A stretch of 64,000 nucleotides of DNA from an uncultured Acidobacteriota bacterium (GCA_963810465.1 CAWENM010000002.1:451001-515000), one strand, 5' to 3'. Positions 36,827 through 47,308 are shown, counted from the first letter of the stretch. The notes: a model not told the origin generated them from the sequence alone. Program-made: numbers and translations.

Positions 36827-37417
36827 ATGACCGAGTACGACTCACGCCGGTATGCGCTGGTCAACCGTTGGGACCCGGCCCATCTGCGTCGCATCGACCG
36901 GCTGCTCCCCCTCCGACCCGGGGAGCGAGTCCTCGAAGTGGGTTGCGGGCAGGGCCATCTCACCGTTCGCCTGGCCGAGCGCGGGATCGATGTCACCGGC
37001 ATCGACGCCAACCCGAACGCGCCCGAGGTGTCCGGCTCCGACAGGGTGCTGCACATGATGGCCGAGGATCTCGCCTTCGACGATGGCGAGTTCGATGCGG
37101 TGGTCTCGGTCCACGCCATCGAGCACATCCCACCCCTGGACGAGGCGGCAGCGGAGATGTCGAGGGTCCTCAAGCCCGGTGGCCGTGCTCTCCACATTTA
37201 CCCGGCAGAGCCGATCCAGGGGCTCTACGCCATGCCCACCTCGGTGATCCTCTATGGCACCCCGTTCAAAGCGCGGCAGGTCCACTGCCACTGGCTATCG
37301 CCCTCGAAGGTGCGTCGTTTGATGGAGCCCCACGCCATGACCGAGACTCACCACGAGTTCAACCTGTTCAAGTCTCCCCAGTTCATCTCCCGCTTCACAA
37401 AGGACGGGCGGGCCTAG
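36827..37417 (+). CDS. class I SAM-dependent methyltransferase
   Basis: Motif I VLEVGCGQGHLT and motif post-I IDVTGIDAN. Methyltransf_11-like. Confidence 0.8.
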   Translation: MTEYDSRRYALVNRWDPAHLRRIDRLLPLRPGERVLEVGCGQGHLTVRLAERGIDVTGIDANPNAPEVSGSDRVLHMMAEDLAFDDGEFDAVVSVHAIEHIPPLDEAAAEMSRVLKPGGRALHIYPAEPIQGLYAMPTSVILYGTPFKARQVHCHWLSPSKVRRLMEPHAMTETHHEFNLFKSPQFISRFTKDGRA

Positions 37418-37420
37418 GGC

Positions 37421-38080
37421 GTGTTCACTTGTCAGACCTGCGGCCGGGACTTCGATCTCAGTCAGACGGTCCTCGATCGTTACCCGGGCTGGGTCCCGCG
37501 CCAATGCATGGATTGCCGCGACGGGGCCGGCCGGTCAGCCGCCTCGTCTTCCAAGCCCGCCCCGGCCAAGACGACACCAGTGAGCCGGACAAAGACGCGG
37601 GATATGACCGTCGGCGAAGTGCTCGCCTCCTTCACCGACGGCCCCGACACCGGGATCTTCACCGACGGGGCCGCGGAGGGAAATCCCGGCCCGGGGGGCT
37701 GGGGAACCGTGTACGTGGTCGAGGGTGAGATCGTCGAGGAGGCCAAGGGCTCCGACCCCTTCACCACCAACAACAAGATGGAGCTCACCGCCCTGATCGC
37801 CGGGCTGGGCATGGCGCCTGCCGACGCCCCAATCGACGTCTACACCGATTCACAGCTCATCGTGAACATCGTCAATACCTGGGCCGACGGCTGGGAGGCG
37901 AGAGGATGGACCAAGAAGTCGCCCGGGCCTATCGCCAATCTCGACCTGGTCAAGGAAGCGCACGCTCTCCACAAGCAGAAGCCAATGGCCCGTATCCAGT
38001 GGATCAAGGCTCACAGCGGCTACCGCTGGAATGAGTACGCCGACGCCCTCGCCACGTCGTATAGGCGCCAGGTGCATTGA
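37421..38080 (+). CDS. rnhA: ribonuclease HI with N-terminal CxxC...CxxC zinc ribbon
   Basis: GTG start. The N-terminus is CQTCG...CMDCRDG followed by a Pro/Ser/Thr linker. The RNase H domain has the catalytic residues in TDGAAEGNPGPGGWG, NNKMEL, YTDS and NEYAD. Confidence 0.85.
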   Translation: MFTCQTCGRDFDLSQTVLDRYPGWVPRQCMDCRDGAGRSAASSSKPAPAKTTPVSRTKTRDMTVGEVLASFTDGPDTGIFTDGAAEGNPGPGGWGTVYVVEGEIVEEAKGSDPFTTNNKMELTALIAGLGMAPADAPIDVYTDSQLIVNIVNTWADGWEARGWTKKSPGPIANLDLVKEAHALHKQKPMARIQWIKAHSGYRWNEYADALATSYRRQVH

Positions 38081-39072
38081 TGCCCCTGCCTCCGGTCACC
38101 GCGGAGTACATGCGGGACTGGGTCAAGCACACCCAGGGCTCGCCCCTCTACGGAGAGCTGGTCGAGACAGTGGCAGGAGACCCCGAGTTGCTACGGGTGA
38201 TGAACCGGATCGGGCATCTGCCACAGCCAAATCTGGTGTTCGGCGCCGTCCAGTACATGCTCATGACCGGTGAGGACGGTGACCTTGCCTCCCACTACCG
38301 CTCGATCGTCGACGATCCGGCGCCACCTGAGGGAGCGGGCCTGAAGTTCCGGAGCTTTGTCCTGGCCCACGAGGAGGAGATCGTGGAGATGGGTAACACC
38401 CGGTACACCCAGACCAACGAGTGTCGTCGCTGCGTCGCGCTGTTGCCGATGGTGACGATGGCGCAGTTCCGTGCCTTCCACCTCATCGACCTCGGCACCA
38501 GCGCCGGCCTCAACCTCGGCCTCGACCGTTACGGGTATCGGTACGGCGACCAGGTATGGCATCCGGGCGTCGAGCCCCTGCTCGAGGCGGAATCGAGAGG
38601 TGTCGCCCCGAGACTCGTCGAGATCGAGGTCATGAGCCGAACCGGTCTCGATGTCAACCCGCTCGACCCGACCGACGAGAGTGCCCGACGCTGGCTCGAC
38701 GCCCTGATCTGGCCGGAGCAGGTCGAGCGGAGGCAGCGTCTTCGCTCCGCCCTCGGCATGGTGGCGAATCTCGACATCGACATGCTTGCGGGGGACGCCC
38801 TCGAGACGCTGCCCATGGCGCTGGACAGGTTGCCCGTCGGTGAGCCTGCTGTGGTCATGAGCTCTTTCGTCCTCAACCAATTCGCCCCAGCCCAGCGAGA
38901 CCGTCTCGATTCGATCGTGTTCGGGGCGCGGTCGGCGCGTCCCGTGCATCGGGTCTCGATGGAGATCCTGGGCAAAGACGACTGGGCCCAGCTGGTGGTC
39001 GACGACGGGAAAGGGGCCGTGACTGTCGGCCAGGCCCAACCCCACGGGGAGTGGATCGAGCTGTACCGCTAG
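38080..39072 (+). CDS. conserved hypothetical protein (possibly DUF2332-like)
   Basis: 331-aa ORF with ATG 38080 overlapping the rnhA TGA. No catalytic motif recognised with confidence. Confidence 0.55.
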   Translation: MPLPPVTAEYMRDWVKHTQGSPLYGELVETVAGDPELLRVMNRIGHLPQPNLVFGAVQYMLMTGEDGDLASHYRSIVDDPAPPEGAGLKFRSFVLAHEEEIVEMGNTRYTQTNECRRCVALLPMVTMAQFRAFHLIDLGTSAGLNLGLDRYGYRYGDQVWHPGVEPLLEAESRGVAPRLVEIEVMSRTGLDVNPLDPTDESARRWLDALIWPEQVERRQRLRSALGMVANLDIDMLAGDALETLPMALDRLPVGEPAVVMSSFVLNQFAPAQRDRLDSIVFGARSARPVHRVSMEILGKDDWAQLVVDDGKGAVTVGQAQPHGEWIELYR

Positions 39073-39797
39073 ACCCGGCCGTAGACCGGTATCTCGGCGC
39101 CGTTGATCACGCCTGACTCCTCGGTGAGCAGGAAGTGGGCAACCGCTGCGATCTCGTCCGGAGTCGGCCAGTTCACGTAGTCGGCGTATGGAAGCGATCG
39201 GCGTGTTGCCGGCGTGTCGATGACCGAGGGGAGGAGGACGTTGGCGGTCACCCCGGTTCCCTCCAGCTCCTGGGCTACCGACCTGGTGAGCGCTACTACC
39301 CCCGACTTGGCCACATTGAAGGCAGCCTGCCCGGTCGGATACTCGACAGTGGCCCGGCTTCCCACGGTCACGATCCGGCCCCAGCCGGTTTCGACCAGGT
39401 AGGGCACTACGGCTCGCACCGAATAGAACGCAGAGCGGAGGTTGAGATCGAGCATCCGCTCGAACCGGACGTCGTCGGTCTCCTCGACATCACGTCCCCC
39501 GGCCCATCCCCCGACCAGGGCCACGAGGCCGTGAATGGAGCCCCATCGCTCGGCGACGCCCTTCAGGAATGTGTTGACCGCCTCGGCATTGGTGGCATCG
39601 ACTCGCACCAGCGAGACCCGGTCCTCGTCGATGTCGAACTCCTGCTCGAACTGCTCGGCCTCGTCCGGCAGCAGGTAGGTGATTGCCAGCCGGTAGTCCT
39701 CATTGATGAGTCGGCGCACGAGGGCGGTGCCGAGCCCGCCGGTGCCACCGGTGATCACAAGTGTCTTTTCCATGCTCCCGTTGTTCTGTGCGCCCAC
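39069..39797 (-). CDS. SDR-family short-chain dehydrogenase/reductase
   Basis: TGGTGGLG Rossmann motif and the YxxxK-type active-site region; 242 aa. Confidence 0.85.
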   Translation of the reverse strand: MGAQNNGSMEKTLVITGGTGGLGTALVRRLINEDYRLAITYLLPDEAEQFEQEFDIDEDRVSLVRVDATNAEAVNTFLKGVAERWGSIHGLVALVGGWAGGRDVEETDDVRFERMLDLNLRSAFYSVRAVVPYLVETGWGRIVTVGSRATVEYPTGQAAFNVAKSGVVALTRSVAQELEGTGVTANVLLPSVIDTPATRRSLPYADYVNWPTPDEIAAVAHFLLTEESGVINGAEIPVYGRV

Positions 39798-39810
39798 TCT
39801 ACGGGGAGCC

Positions 39811-41016
39811 TCAACCCCTCCGCCACAGAATCCATAGGTCGGAGACGTTGGTGCCGGTCGGTGGGCACCGAAGCAGGTCAGAGGTCAAGGCGAGGTAGCC
39901 GGCCGAGTCGAAATCCCGTAGGGCGGCAGCGGGGTCACCACCCCGTTGGATCGTGGCGCCGTCGACGATCGCGCCCGCGGCTCCGGATCGGGCATCGACG
40001 CCATCGGTGGCGAAGGCGCAGAACAGGTCGTTGGATCCGGCGAGACGCTCCGCGGCGAGCAGGGCAGCGTGTGTGGTTCGGCCGCCGGATCCTGCTCCGC
40101 TCACGTCGAGGACGACCTCGCCCGCTCCCACCGTCACTCCTAGCCCGCCCGTAGCGAGGAACCGGTCGAGACAGCCGACCATCGCTCCCCGTAGCCAGTC
40201 GTCTATCACGACCTTGGGAGGAGGCGCCGCGCTCAGCACAGCGCGGGCGGCGGTGTGGCCGTCCGCCAGCAGCGTGACTTGTGGGCTCGGAAGTGACAAC
40301 GGCTCGGTCGTCATCGCTTCCCACACCCCAGGCGGTATTTCGATCGACAGCCTCCTCAGGACCTCCGCTGCGGCCTCCGGCTCATGGGGTCGCGGGATCG
40401 TTGGTCCGGAGGCGACCACCCCGGGGTCGGCGCCGGCCACATCTGAGAGGACATAGGTGTCGATTGGCCGCTCTGCAGCCCGGACCAACCCACCGCATTT
40501 GATGGCGGAGAGATGTGCGCGAACCAGATTCAACTCCTCGATGTCGGCTCCTCCGGATAGGAGCTTTCTCGTCACCTCCGAGAGAAAGTCGGCGGGCACG
40601 CCGGCTCGGGGCGCCTCACAGAGAGCGGACCCGCCCCCGGATACCAGGGCGACGATGTCCATTGAAGACGGTGCCCTCTGAACGGCCTCGAGAACTGCTG
40701 TTCCTGCCTCGAGGCTCGCCGCCCCGGGCACGGGGTGGTCTCCGATCACCAGGCTCATCGTGTCGGGCACCGGCTCGTGATGATCGGTCACGCATACGCC
40801 GTCGACGACGTCGAGTTCTGAGGCAGCGCCCCGAGCCATCGCTGCAGCGGCCTTGCCGATTGCGATGACCATGGTCTTTCCTGTGCGCCCGGCCAACACG
40901 GCGGCGGTGAGAGCTTCGGGCTCGACCGCGGCCAGACCGGCCTCGAGCCAACCCAGCACGTTCTCCCTCGCTTCGGGATCGGGGGCGAGGACCCGGGGAT
41001 CGAAGCGAGTGGTCAC
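39811..41016 (-). CDS. glycerate kinase (MOFRL/GckA family)
   Basis: GTG at 41016 overlapping the upstream stop (GTGA). MOFRL-family blocks (MVIAIGKAAAAMA, LVSGGGSALCEAP, ...DLFCAFATDGVDARSGAAGAIVDG). The upstream 108 codons of the ORF are rejected. Confidence 0.7.
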   Translation of the reverse strand: MTTRFDPRVLAPDPEARENVLGWLEAGLAAVEPEALTAAVLAGRTGKTMVIAIGKAAAAMARGAASELDVVDGVCVTDHHEPVPDTMSLVIGDHPVPGAASLEAGTAVLEAVQRAPSSMDIVALVSGGGSALCEAPRAGVPADFLSEVTRKLLSGGADIEELNLVRAHLSAIKCGGLVRAAERPIDTYVLSDVAGADPGVVASGPTIPRPHEPEAAAEVLRRLSIEIPPGVWEAMTTEPLSLPSPQVTLLADGHTAARAVLSAAPPPKVVIDDWLRGAMVGCLDRFLATGGLGVTVGAGEVVLDVSGAGSGGRTTHAALLAAERLAGSNDLFCAFATDGVDARSGAAGAIVDGATIQRGGDPAAALRDFDSAGYLALTSDLLRCPPTGTNVSDLWILWRRG

Positions 41017-41600
41017 GTCAGATCGGAGAGCCAGGCCCCACGGGGGTGGTGACGAGCGGACTCGAGGTCGCTGAAAGTGTCGATGTCGTGGAGGAGACCG
41101 GGTCTGGCGACGATCGCCGCCGTCGGGAAGCTGCCGAGGTGGCGATGGAAGCTGCCCGGACCGTAGGCGAAGGCTGCCGGCCCGCTCGCCCCCAGCGCCG
41201 TCGTGCCGCCGTCGGCGGAGGGTGCGATGACAGACCCGGCACCGGACAGCGCCTCGTTCAGCTCCGCCAGCTCGGCAGCGATGAGAAGGGGGAGATCGGC
41301 GTGAACGACGATCCACTCGCTCGCGGCCGCGATGGCCCACCCGGCTCCAGCCATCGCCGCACCGTCGAGCCCTTCACCCGGATCGGGAATCGCGGGAAAC
41401 CCATGAATGATCGCCCATTCGGCGACCTCGCCGTCGCCGGCGACAAGGACAGGGATCAACCCCGCATCGACTGCCAGCGCCGCGGTCCTCTCGGCGAGGG
41501 CTCGCCCCAACCCGGATCGAGCATCATCGGAGAGGTGGTCAGCCATTCGACGCTTGCCCAGTCGAAAGGACTTGACGGGGAGAATGGCGACGGTGGGCAC
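41013..41600 (-). CDS. CofC/FbiD-like 2-phospho-L-lactate (or PEP) guanylyltransferase (MobA-like NTP transferase)
   Basis: 195 aa; N-terminal MPTVAILPVKSFRLGKRRM matches the AILPVK...AK.RL signature of CofC. Confidence 0.6.
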   Translation of the reverse strand: MPTVAILPVKSFRLGKRRMADHLSDDARSGLGRALAERTAALAVDAGLIPVLVAGDGEVAEWAIIHGFPAIPDPGEGLDGAAMAGAGWAIAAASEWIVVHADLPLLIAAELAELNEALSGAGSVIAPSADGGTTALGASGPAAFAYGPGSFHRHLGSFPTAAIVARPGLLHDIDTFSDLESARHHPRGAWLSDLT

Positions 41601-41625
41601 GTGGCTGGGCGGGGTCGCTCCCGGC

Positions 41626-42066
41626 TCAGGGCACCACCATCACCGGAACCGGTGAGTGGTGACAAAGGCGATCAGCGACGCTTCCGAGCATCACCCGCTC
41701 TGCCAGCCCGGCTCCCCGCTTCCCGATGACGATCAACCCCGCCTCGCGCTCCTCGGCCACCGCGATGAGGCGCGATGTGGGGTCGCCAAGCTCTTCGACT
41801 GTCTCGTAGTCCATTCCCTCCAGCGGGAGCTGGTCCTCGGTCTCCTTGATCACCTGCTGCTGTCCTTCCACGAGTGCAGCGGACAGAGCCTCCGGGGTCG
41901 GGGGTGCGCCACCGATGCCCCACCACCCCTCAGGTGGTCTGACCACGGTGACCAGCAGCAGCTTGGCCTGCCGGGATCGCGCGATCTCGGTGGCGATCAC
42001 AGCTGCGCGGGTGCTCGTCTCCGAGCCATCGACACCGACGACGATTGCTTTCGGGTTCCAGTCCAT
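41626..42066 (-). CDS. universal stress protein (UspA family)
   Basis: 146 aa; IVVGVDGSETS and a C-terminal GSV...HHSPVPVMVV, the ATP-binding-type Usp. Confidence 0.85.
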   Translation of the reverse strand: MDWNPKAIVVGVDGSETSTRAAVIATEIARSRQAKLLLVTVVRPPEGWWGIGGAPPTPEALSAALVEGQQQVIKETEDQLPLEGMDYETVEELGDPTSRLIAVAEEREAGLIVIGKRGAGLAERVMLGSVADRLCHHSPVPVMVVP

Positions 42067-42119
42067 CTGTTCTTGCTACCTCCTCAGGAGACGATACGCA
42101 GATTCGGTGATCGGCCGGG

Positions 42120-42578
42120 TCACAGGATGGTGGCGTTCAGGAGGTGGGCCATGGCCAGCGCCCAGGCTCCAGCGACGAGATCGTCGAGGACGATGCCGGT
42201 CGCTCCGGGCATCGAGTCGGCTTGGTGGACGCCGGGGAAAGGCCGCTTTGTGATGTCGACGATACGAAAAAGGACGAAGGCGATCACCGCCGCCCATCCG
42301 AGCAACCCGATGGTGGCGACGAAGACTCCAGCGGCCTCGTCGATGACGATCCAGCCTGCATCTCCCTCCGACGAGACCACACCTGCCGAGGCCCACAGGG
42401 CAACGGCCGTCACCAACACCGCCGCCGCAAGCTGTCCCGGCCAGCCCCACGTCTCGCCGATGAGGAGGGCAAACGGAAGGGCCACCAAGCCCCCAATCGT
42501 TCCCGAACCGGCGTCGGAGCCCCGCACCTTGCGCAGGATCAAGCCGGCCCCGAACAGAGAGGCGATGAGGCGGTGCAT
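42120..42578 (-). CDS. pgpA: phosphatidylglycerophosphatase A
   Basis: ATG 42578 (MHRLIASLFGAGL...SGTIGGLVALPF...IVIDEAAG...DITKP) matches the PgpA family. The longer ORF 5' end is rejected. Confidence 0.7.
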   Translation of the reverse strand: MHRLIASLFGAGLILRKVRGSDAGSGTIGGLVALPFALLIGETWGWPGQLAAAVLVTAVALWASAGVVSSEGDAGWIVIDEAAGVFVATIGLLGWAAVIAFVLFRIVDITKRPFPGVHQADSMPGATGIVLDDLVAGAWALAMAHLLNATIL

Positions 42579-42589
42579 CGGCGGCGAGG

Positions 42590-43564
42590 CTACTTCTCGC
42601 TGCTCCACCCATCGAGGACTCGCATTGCTCGGAGGGTGTTCCAACGGCTCGGCTCGCCGACCGTCTCCATCTCGAACCATGCCTCACCTCGCCAGCGCTG
42701 TTGCAGCGGCCATCGCCCATCCTGATCTCGCTTGTCAACCACAACGTCGATTGCCTCGTGGAGGCGGCGATCGCTCAGGACGCCCGCGGACCTGAAGTAG
42801 TCGAGACCGCGCAGGACGTCGTAGTGCCATCTGGTCGGGAAGGAGAGCCGGAGGAAGCGCTGGTTGATGACTTCTCCAGTGCGGTGGGAACGAAACATCC
42901 TGTGCTCCAGGAAGAACTCGCCGCCCCGGGCCTCCGCCGTCTCGATTTCATCGACGCCCGGAGCACCGGACATCGCACACTCGCGCAGGGCCTCGAGTGC
43001 CATGACGGTCGTGTGGAACGAGCCGTGACTGGATTGCCCATCGCAATTCCAACCGCCGTCGTCCAGCTGCTTGCCGAGCAGATGGGCCAGGACCGGCTCG
43101 CGCAGCCGGTCCTCCACGTCAAACCAGAACAGGAGGGCGGTGACCATGGATTGGATGCAGGTCTCACTGTTGCTTCGAGTTCCCAGGCCCTCGGACAGGA
43201 ACAGCTGACAAGATTTGAGTGCCTTCGGGTCGGAGCGGGGCAGACCCATCTCACGCAAGAGCACCATGGAATAGGTGGTCGAAATCCACTTCTTGCCATA
43301 GAGCCGGGGCGTCCAGCGTCCGTCCTGGTCCTGGTGCTCCAGCAGACGCGCTCCCCAGCCCTCGGTGGCCACCCTTTCCTGCTCGGGCCCCCACTCGATT
43401 TCCTTCGCCCCGACCAGATCGCGCAGCGTCTGCCACCTGATGGCGGGGTCCCCGTCGAGCAGCCAGTCGATGATCCGGGCGCGATCCGAGGCGTTCTCAC
43501 CCATGCTTCGATTCAACCAGTGCCGGCTGAAAACGGAAATCAGTGGTTTCGCTCCGGTCGACAC
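42590..43564 (-). CDS. prenyltransferase / squalene-cyclase-like alpha-alpha toroid repeat protein
   Basis: Repeated DGGW / DGRW aromatic repeats (QDQDGRW, DDGGWNCDGQ, RDQDGRWPL) are typical of the terpenoid cyclase / protein prenyltransferase beta-subunit fold. Confidence 0.55.
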   Translation of the reverse strand: MSTGAKPLISVFSRHWLNRSMGENASDRARIIDWLLDGDPAIRWQTLRDLVGAKEIEWGPEQERVATEGWGARLLEHQDQDGRWTPRLYGKKWISTTYSMVLLREMGLPRSDPKALKSCQLFLSEGLGTRSNSETCIQSMVTALLFWFDVEDRLREPVLAHLLGKQLDDGGWNCDGQSSHGSFHTTVMALEALRECAMSGAPGVDEIETAEARGGEFFLEHRMFRSHRTGEVINQRFLRLSFPTRWHYDVLRGLDYFRSAGVLSDRRLHEAIDVVVDKRDQDGRWPLQQRWRGEAWFEMETVGEPSRWNTLRAMRVLDGWSSEK

Positions 43565-43580
43565 CAGTTAGCCTTGACCG

Positions 43581-44495
43581 ATGGAACCGGCAAACAAGAT
43601 ATGGGTTGATGGTGATTTCGTCCCCTGGGACGACGCCACCGTCCACTTCCTGTCACATTCCCTCCAATACGGAACTGGTGTCTTCGAGGGCATTCGTGCC
43701 TACAAGACGCCGGAGGGAACCGCCGTATTCCGTCTCCACGATCACATGGTCCGGCTGGTCGCCTCGGCACGGGCCTACGACCTCCCTATGAAGGAGAGCG
43801 CCGAGGAGATGGAAGAAGTTTGTCTCGAGCTTCTCCGCGTAAACGAGCTGGAGTCGGCCTACATCCGCCCGTTCGTCTTCTATGGGTCGGGCGCGTTTGG
43901 CATCAACCCGAAGAGCAGCCCCGTCCACAACTACATGGCTGCCTTCTATCTGGGCAGCTATCTGGGCGACGACGGCGTGGAGAAGGGCATCACCGCCATG
44001 GTCTCGAGCTGGCGTCGAATCTCACACACCAGCTTCATCCCTACGGCCAAGGGCTCGGGTCAGTATCTCAACTCGGTGCTGGCCAAGCAGGAAGCCATCC
44101 GCGCCGGCTTCGACGAGGCGATCATGCTGAACGACGCGGGGCTCGTCTCCGAGGGAAGCGGGATGAACCTCTTCACCGTCAGCAAGGGCGTGGTCTACAC
44201 CCCGCCGGTGTCCTCTGGGATCCTCGAAGGGATCACCCGCAACACCGTCATCGAACTGCTCGCCGGTGAGGGTGTCGAGGTGGTCCAGTCCGACCTGGCC
44301 AGGGGGAGTCTGTACACCGCCGAGGAGGTATTCCTGACCGGCACCGCAGCCGAGGTGACACCGGTCCGTGAGATCGACGGACGCGTCGTTGGCAGCGGAG
44401 AGCCGGGCCCGGTCACCCGAAAGGCCCAGGATCTGTTCTCCGATCTGGTCGCAGCCAAGATCCCCGAGTACCGAAGCTGGCTCAGTTTCATCTGA
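43581..44495 (+). CDS. ilvE: branched-chain amino acid aminotransferase
   Basis: 304 aa, fold-type IV PLP enzyme with catalytic Lys context (FIPTAKGSGQYLNS) and EVFLTGTAAEVTPV. Confidence 0.9.
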   Translation: MEPANKIWVDGDFVPWDDATVHFLSHSLQYGTGVFEGIRAYKTPEGTAVFRLHDHMVRLVASARAYDLPMKESAEEMEEVCLELLRVNELESAYIRPFVFYGSGAFGINPKSSPVHNYMAAFYLGSYLGDDGVEKGITAMVSSWRRISHTSFIPTAKGSGQYLNSVLAKQEAIRAGFDEAIMLNDAGLVSEGSGMNLFTVSKGVVYTPPVSSGILEGITRNTVIELLAGEGVEVVQSDLARGSLYTAEEVFLTGTAAEVTPVREIDGRVVGSGEPGPVTRKAQDLFSDLVAAKIPEYRSWLSFI

Positions 44496-44995
44496 TGGGC
44501 CAACAGCCCAATATCGAAGTGACCGAAGCGGAGCGGCCACGCAAGTCATTACAGCCCCCTCCGGCACGGCGTTGGAACCCGAGCATCAAGCCCGGCATCC
44601 CAACGTCGCCAGAGGATGTTCCCACCGGAGGCCGTTTCGGCCAGACCACGCCTGACGGCGGATGGGGATTGCGGCTGGTGAACGCCGCCGACCTCCCGGA
44701 CACCGACCCCGATCTGAAGGCGGTGCTGGCCGCCCTGACCATCGCCCGGGCCGGTGTGCTGGGCCGGGCACCAGTACCTGAGGACCTCGAGGTCGCCCTG
44801 CTCCTCTCCGGTTATGGCTTCGAGCCCTCCGAAGACGTGGTCGAGCGTCGTGAGAGATGGAAGGCTGCCGTGCCTCATGAGGGGAGGCCGGGGCAGACAG
44901 CGGTGGCCGACGTCGACCGTGATGTCATCGTCCGCAAGCCCAACGAGATCCGGAGCCTTCTGGCCGCTTCGGGGGTATCGGAGGCGCAGCGCTAG
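44495..44995 (+). CDS. hypothetical protein
   Basis: 166-aa ORF whose ATG overlaps the ilvE stop (TGATG). No recognisable domain. Confidence 0.45.
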   Translation: MGQQPNIEVTEAERPRKSLQPPPARRWNPSIKPGIPTSPEDVPTGGRFGQTTPDGGWGLRLVNAADLPDTDPDLKAVLAALTIARAGVLGRAPVPEDLEVALLLSGYGFEPSEDVVERRERWKAAVPHEGRPGQTAVADVDRDVIVRKPNEIRSLLAASGVSEAQR

Positions 44996-45008
44996 CTTTC
45001 CGTCCCTC

Positions 45009-45773
45009 ATGAAGCTCGTCCGCATCAAGGCCGGCGACGACATCGCCTACGGGGTAGCCGATGTCGAAGGGGTGCTCGTCTACATCGGGTCTCCCTTCGT
45101 GGCCTGGGAGCCGACCGAGACGGTGATTCCCTGGGAAACCGCTCACCTCCTGGCACCGGTCCTCCCCTCCAAGGTGGTGGCTGTCGGTCGCAACTACGAG
45201 GATCATGCCGCCGAGCATGACGCCGCGGTTCCCGATGAGCCGATCATCTTCCTCAAGCCGGCTACCTCGGTGATCGGGCCGGACGCCAATGTGGTCCATC
45301 CGGCGATGTCGGAGAACGTCCATCACGAGGCCGAACTGGCAGTGGTGGTCAGCCGGGTGGCGCGTCATGTCAAAGCCGAGGACGCCTCTGCCTACATCCT
45401 GGGTTACACGGCAGCGAACGACGTGAGCGCACGCGACCTGCAGAAAAAGGACGGGCAGTGGGCCCGGGCCAAGGGGTTCGACACGTTCTGTCCTCTGGGC
45501 CCGGCCATCGAGACGGAACTGGACCCCTTGGAGAAGCTGGCAGTGATCTGCCGGGTGAACGGGGAGGTCCGTCAGGCCGGCTTCACCTCGGACATGGTCT
45601 TTGGGGTGGCCGAGCTCTTCGAGTTCGTCACCTCGGTGATGACACTCCTGCCCGGTGACGTGATCCTCACCGGCACGCCTGCGGGCGTGAGCAAGGTGGT
45701 GCCTGGCGACTTGATGGAGGTCGAGGTCGACGGGATCGGGGTCCTTCAGAATCGAGTCGTGGCGGCACGATGA
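45009..45773 (+). CDS. fumarylacetoacetate hydrolase (FAH) family protein
   Basis: ATG 45009 (MKLVRIK...). FAH-fold motifs [21 protein letters not shown] and GTPAGV. The upstream part of ORF 44754..45773 is rejected. Confidence 0.85.
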   Translation: MKLVRIKAGDDIAYGVADVEGVLVYIGSPFVAWEPTETVIPWETAHLLAPVLPSKVVAVGRNYEDHAAEHDAAVPDEPIIFLKPATSVIGPDANVVHPAMSENVHHEAELAVVVSRVARHVKAEDASAYILGYTAANDVSARDLQKKDGQWARAKGFDTFCPLGPAIETELDPLEKLAVICRVNGEVRQAGFTSDMVFGVAELFEFVTSVMTLLPGDVILTGTPAGVSKVVPGDLMEVEVDGIGVLQNRVVAAR

Positions 45774-47194
45774 CTGTCCGCGTGAGGGTCGCTCCCTCGC
45801 CCACCGGGCACCTCCATGTCGGGACGGCGCGTGCGGCGCTCTTCAACTGGCTGTATGCGAGTCATCACGGTGGGACGTTCATCCTGAGGATCGATGACAC
45901 TGATCGGGAGCGATCGACCACCGCGTTCGAAGAAGACATCCTTGACTCCCTGCGCTGGCTCGGGCTCGACTGGGGCGAGGGCGTCGGCGTGGGCGGGCCG
46001 CACGGCGAGTACCGGCAATCCAGCCGTTACGACCGCTACCAGCAAGCGGCCGCAGACCTCGTCGACGCGGGGGCGGCCTACTACGACAACCGCCTGCCCG
46101 ATGAGCTCGAGGCGCTTCGCCGCCGGGCCGAGGAAGAGCGTCTGCACCCGGGTCATTACGTTCGACGTCCCGAAAACCCGGGTACCGAGGGTGCGATCAG
46201 GCTGTCGGTCCCACAGGACCGACCGGTGGTATTCGAAGACCTGGTACGCGGCGAGATCAGCTTCGAGGCCCGCGACATCGACGACTTCGTGATCCTGCGC
46301 AGCGACGGCACTCCGACATATCACCTGGCATCAACGGTGGACGATGTCGATTACGACATCACCCACGTCGCCCGCGGTGAGGACCTTCTCCCCTCGACCC
46401 CGAAGCACATACTGCTCACGAGGGCCCTGGGAGCAGAAGTGCCCGAGTACGCCCACCTCCCTCTCCTGTTCGGCACCGACGGCAAGAAGCTCTCCAAGCG
46501 GCACGGCGCCATCTCCCTGTCCACCTACCGGGACGACGGGTACCTGGCCGACGCAGTTTTCAACTACCTGTCGCTGCTGGGTTGGTCGATCGATGGCGAT
46601 CGAACCGTCTTCACGAGAGATGAGGCGATCGCAGCATTCGATCTGATCGGTGTCTCGCGCAATCCCGCCGTGTTCGATCCCGACAAGTTGGCGTGGATGA
46701 ACGGGGAGTACATCAGGGCACTGGATCCCGGGGAGTTTCGAACCCTCGCCCGACCCCACGTCGAAGCCGCAGTGGGGCGCCTTCTCGATGAAGAAGAATC
46801 GGCCCGGTTCGACGCGGTGGCCGATCTGGTCCAGGAACGAACCCGGCTCTTACCCGAGGCAGGCCAGCAGGTTGTGTTTCTGTTCGAGGATTTCGACGAA
46901 TATGACCGGGCGGCGTGGGACAAGGTCATGGCCAAGGATGGGGTCCCCGGGATCCTGAAGACAGCATCGGAGTATCTGGCCTCACTCGACACCTGGAGCG
47001 CGGCTGCCATCGAAGCGGTGTTGCGGGGGATGCTGGAGGAGATGGGTCTCGGCGCCGCCAAGGGTCTCCAACCGCTTCGTGTGGCCGTGACCGGCTCCTC
47101 GGTCAGCCCTCCCCTCTTCGAGTCGATGGCCGCCCTGGGCAAGGAGAAGACGCTGGAGCGTCTGGCGCGGGCGCAGCGAGAGCTTGCCGGTTAG
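45770..47194 (+). CDS. gltX: glutamate--tRNA ligase
   Basis: HIGH motif [14 protein letters not shown] and KMSKS-like KLSKR. ATG overlaps the upstream stop (ATGA). tRNA-Glu lies 42 nt downstream. Confidence 0.9.
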   Translation: MTVRVRVAPSPTGHLHVGTARAALFNWLYASHHGGTFILRIDDTDRERSTTAFEEDILDSLRWLGLDWGEGVGVGGPHGEYRQSSRYDRYQQAAADLVDAGAAYYDNRLPDELEALRRRAEEERLHPGHYVRRPENPGTEGAIRLSVPQDRPVVFEDLVRGEISFEARDIDDFVILRSDGTPTYHLASTVDDVDYDITHVARGEDLLPSTPKHILLTRALGAEVPEYAHLPLLFGTDGKKLSKRHGAISLSTYRDDGYLADAVFNYLSLLGWSIDGDRTVFTRDEAIAAFDLIGVSRNPAVFDPDKLAWMNGEYIRALDPGEFRTLARPHVEAAVGRLLDEEESARFDAVADLVQERTRLLPEAGQQVVFLFEDFDEYDRAAWDKVMAKDGVPGILKTASEYLASLDTWSAAAIEAVLRGMLEEMGLGAAKGLQPLRVAVTGSSVSPPLFESMAALGKEKTLERLARAQRELAG

Positions 47195-47235
47195 GGGGTA
47201 GGTCCGTGCCACCCGTTAACCTGTGGTGATCGCGA

Positions 47236-47308
47236 GGTCCCGTCGTCCAGTGGCCTAGGACGCCGGCCTTTCAAGCCGGAAACGCCGGTTCGAATCCGGT
47301 CGGGACTG
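47236..47308 (+). tRNA. tRNA-Glu (anticodon TTC)
   Basis: GGTCCCG acceptor stem, anticodon arm CCGGC-CTTTCAA-GCCGG, T-loop GGTTCGAATCC. CCA is not encoded. Confidence 0.8.
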
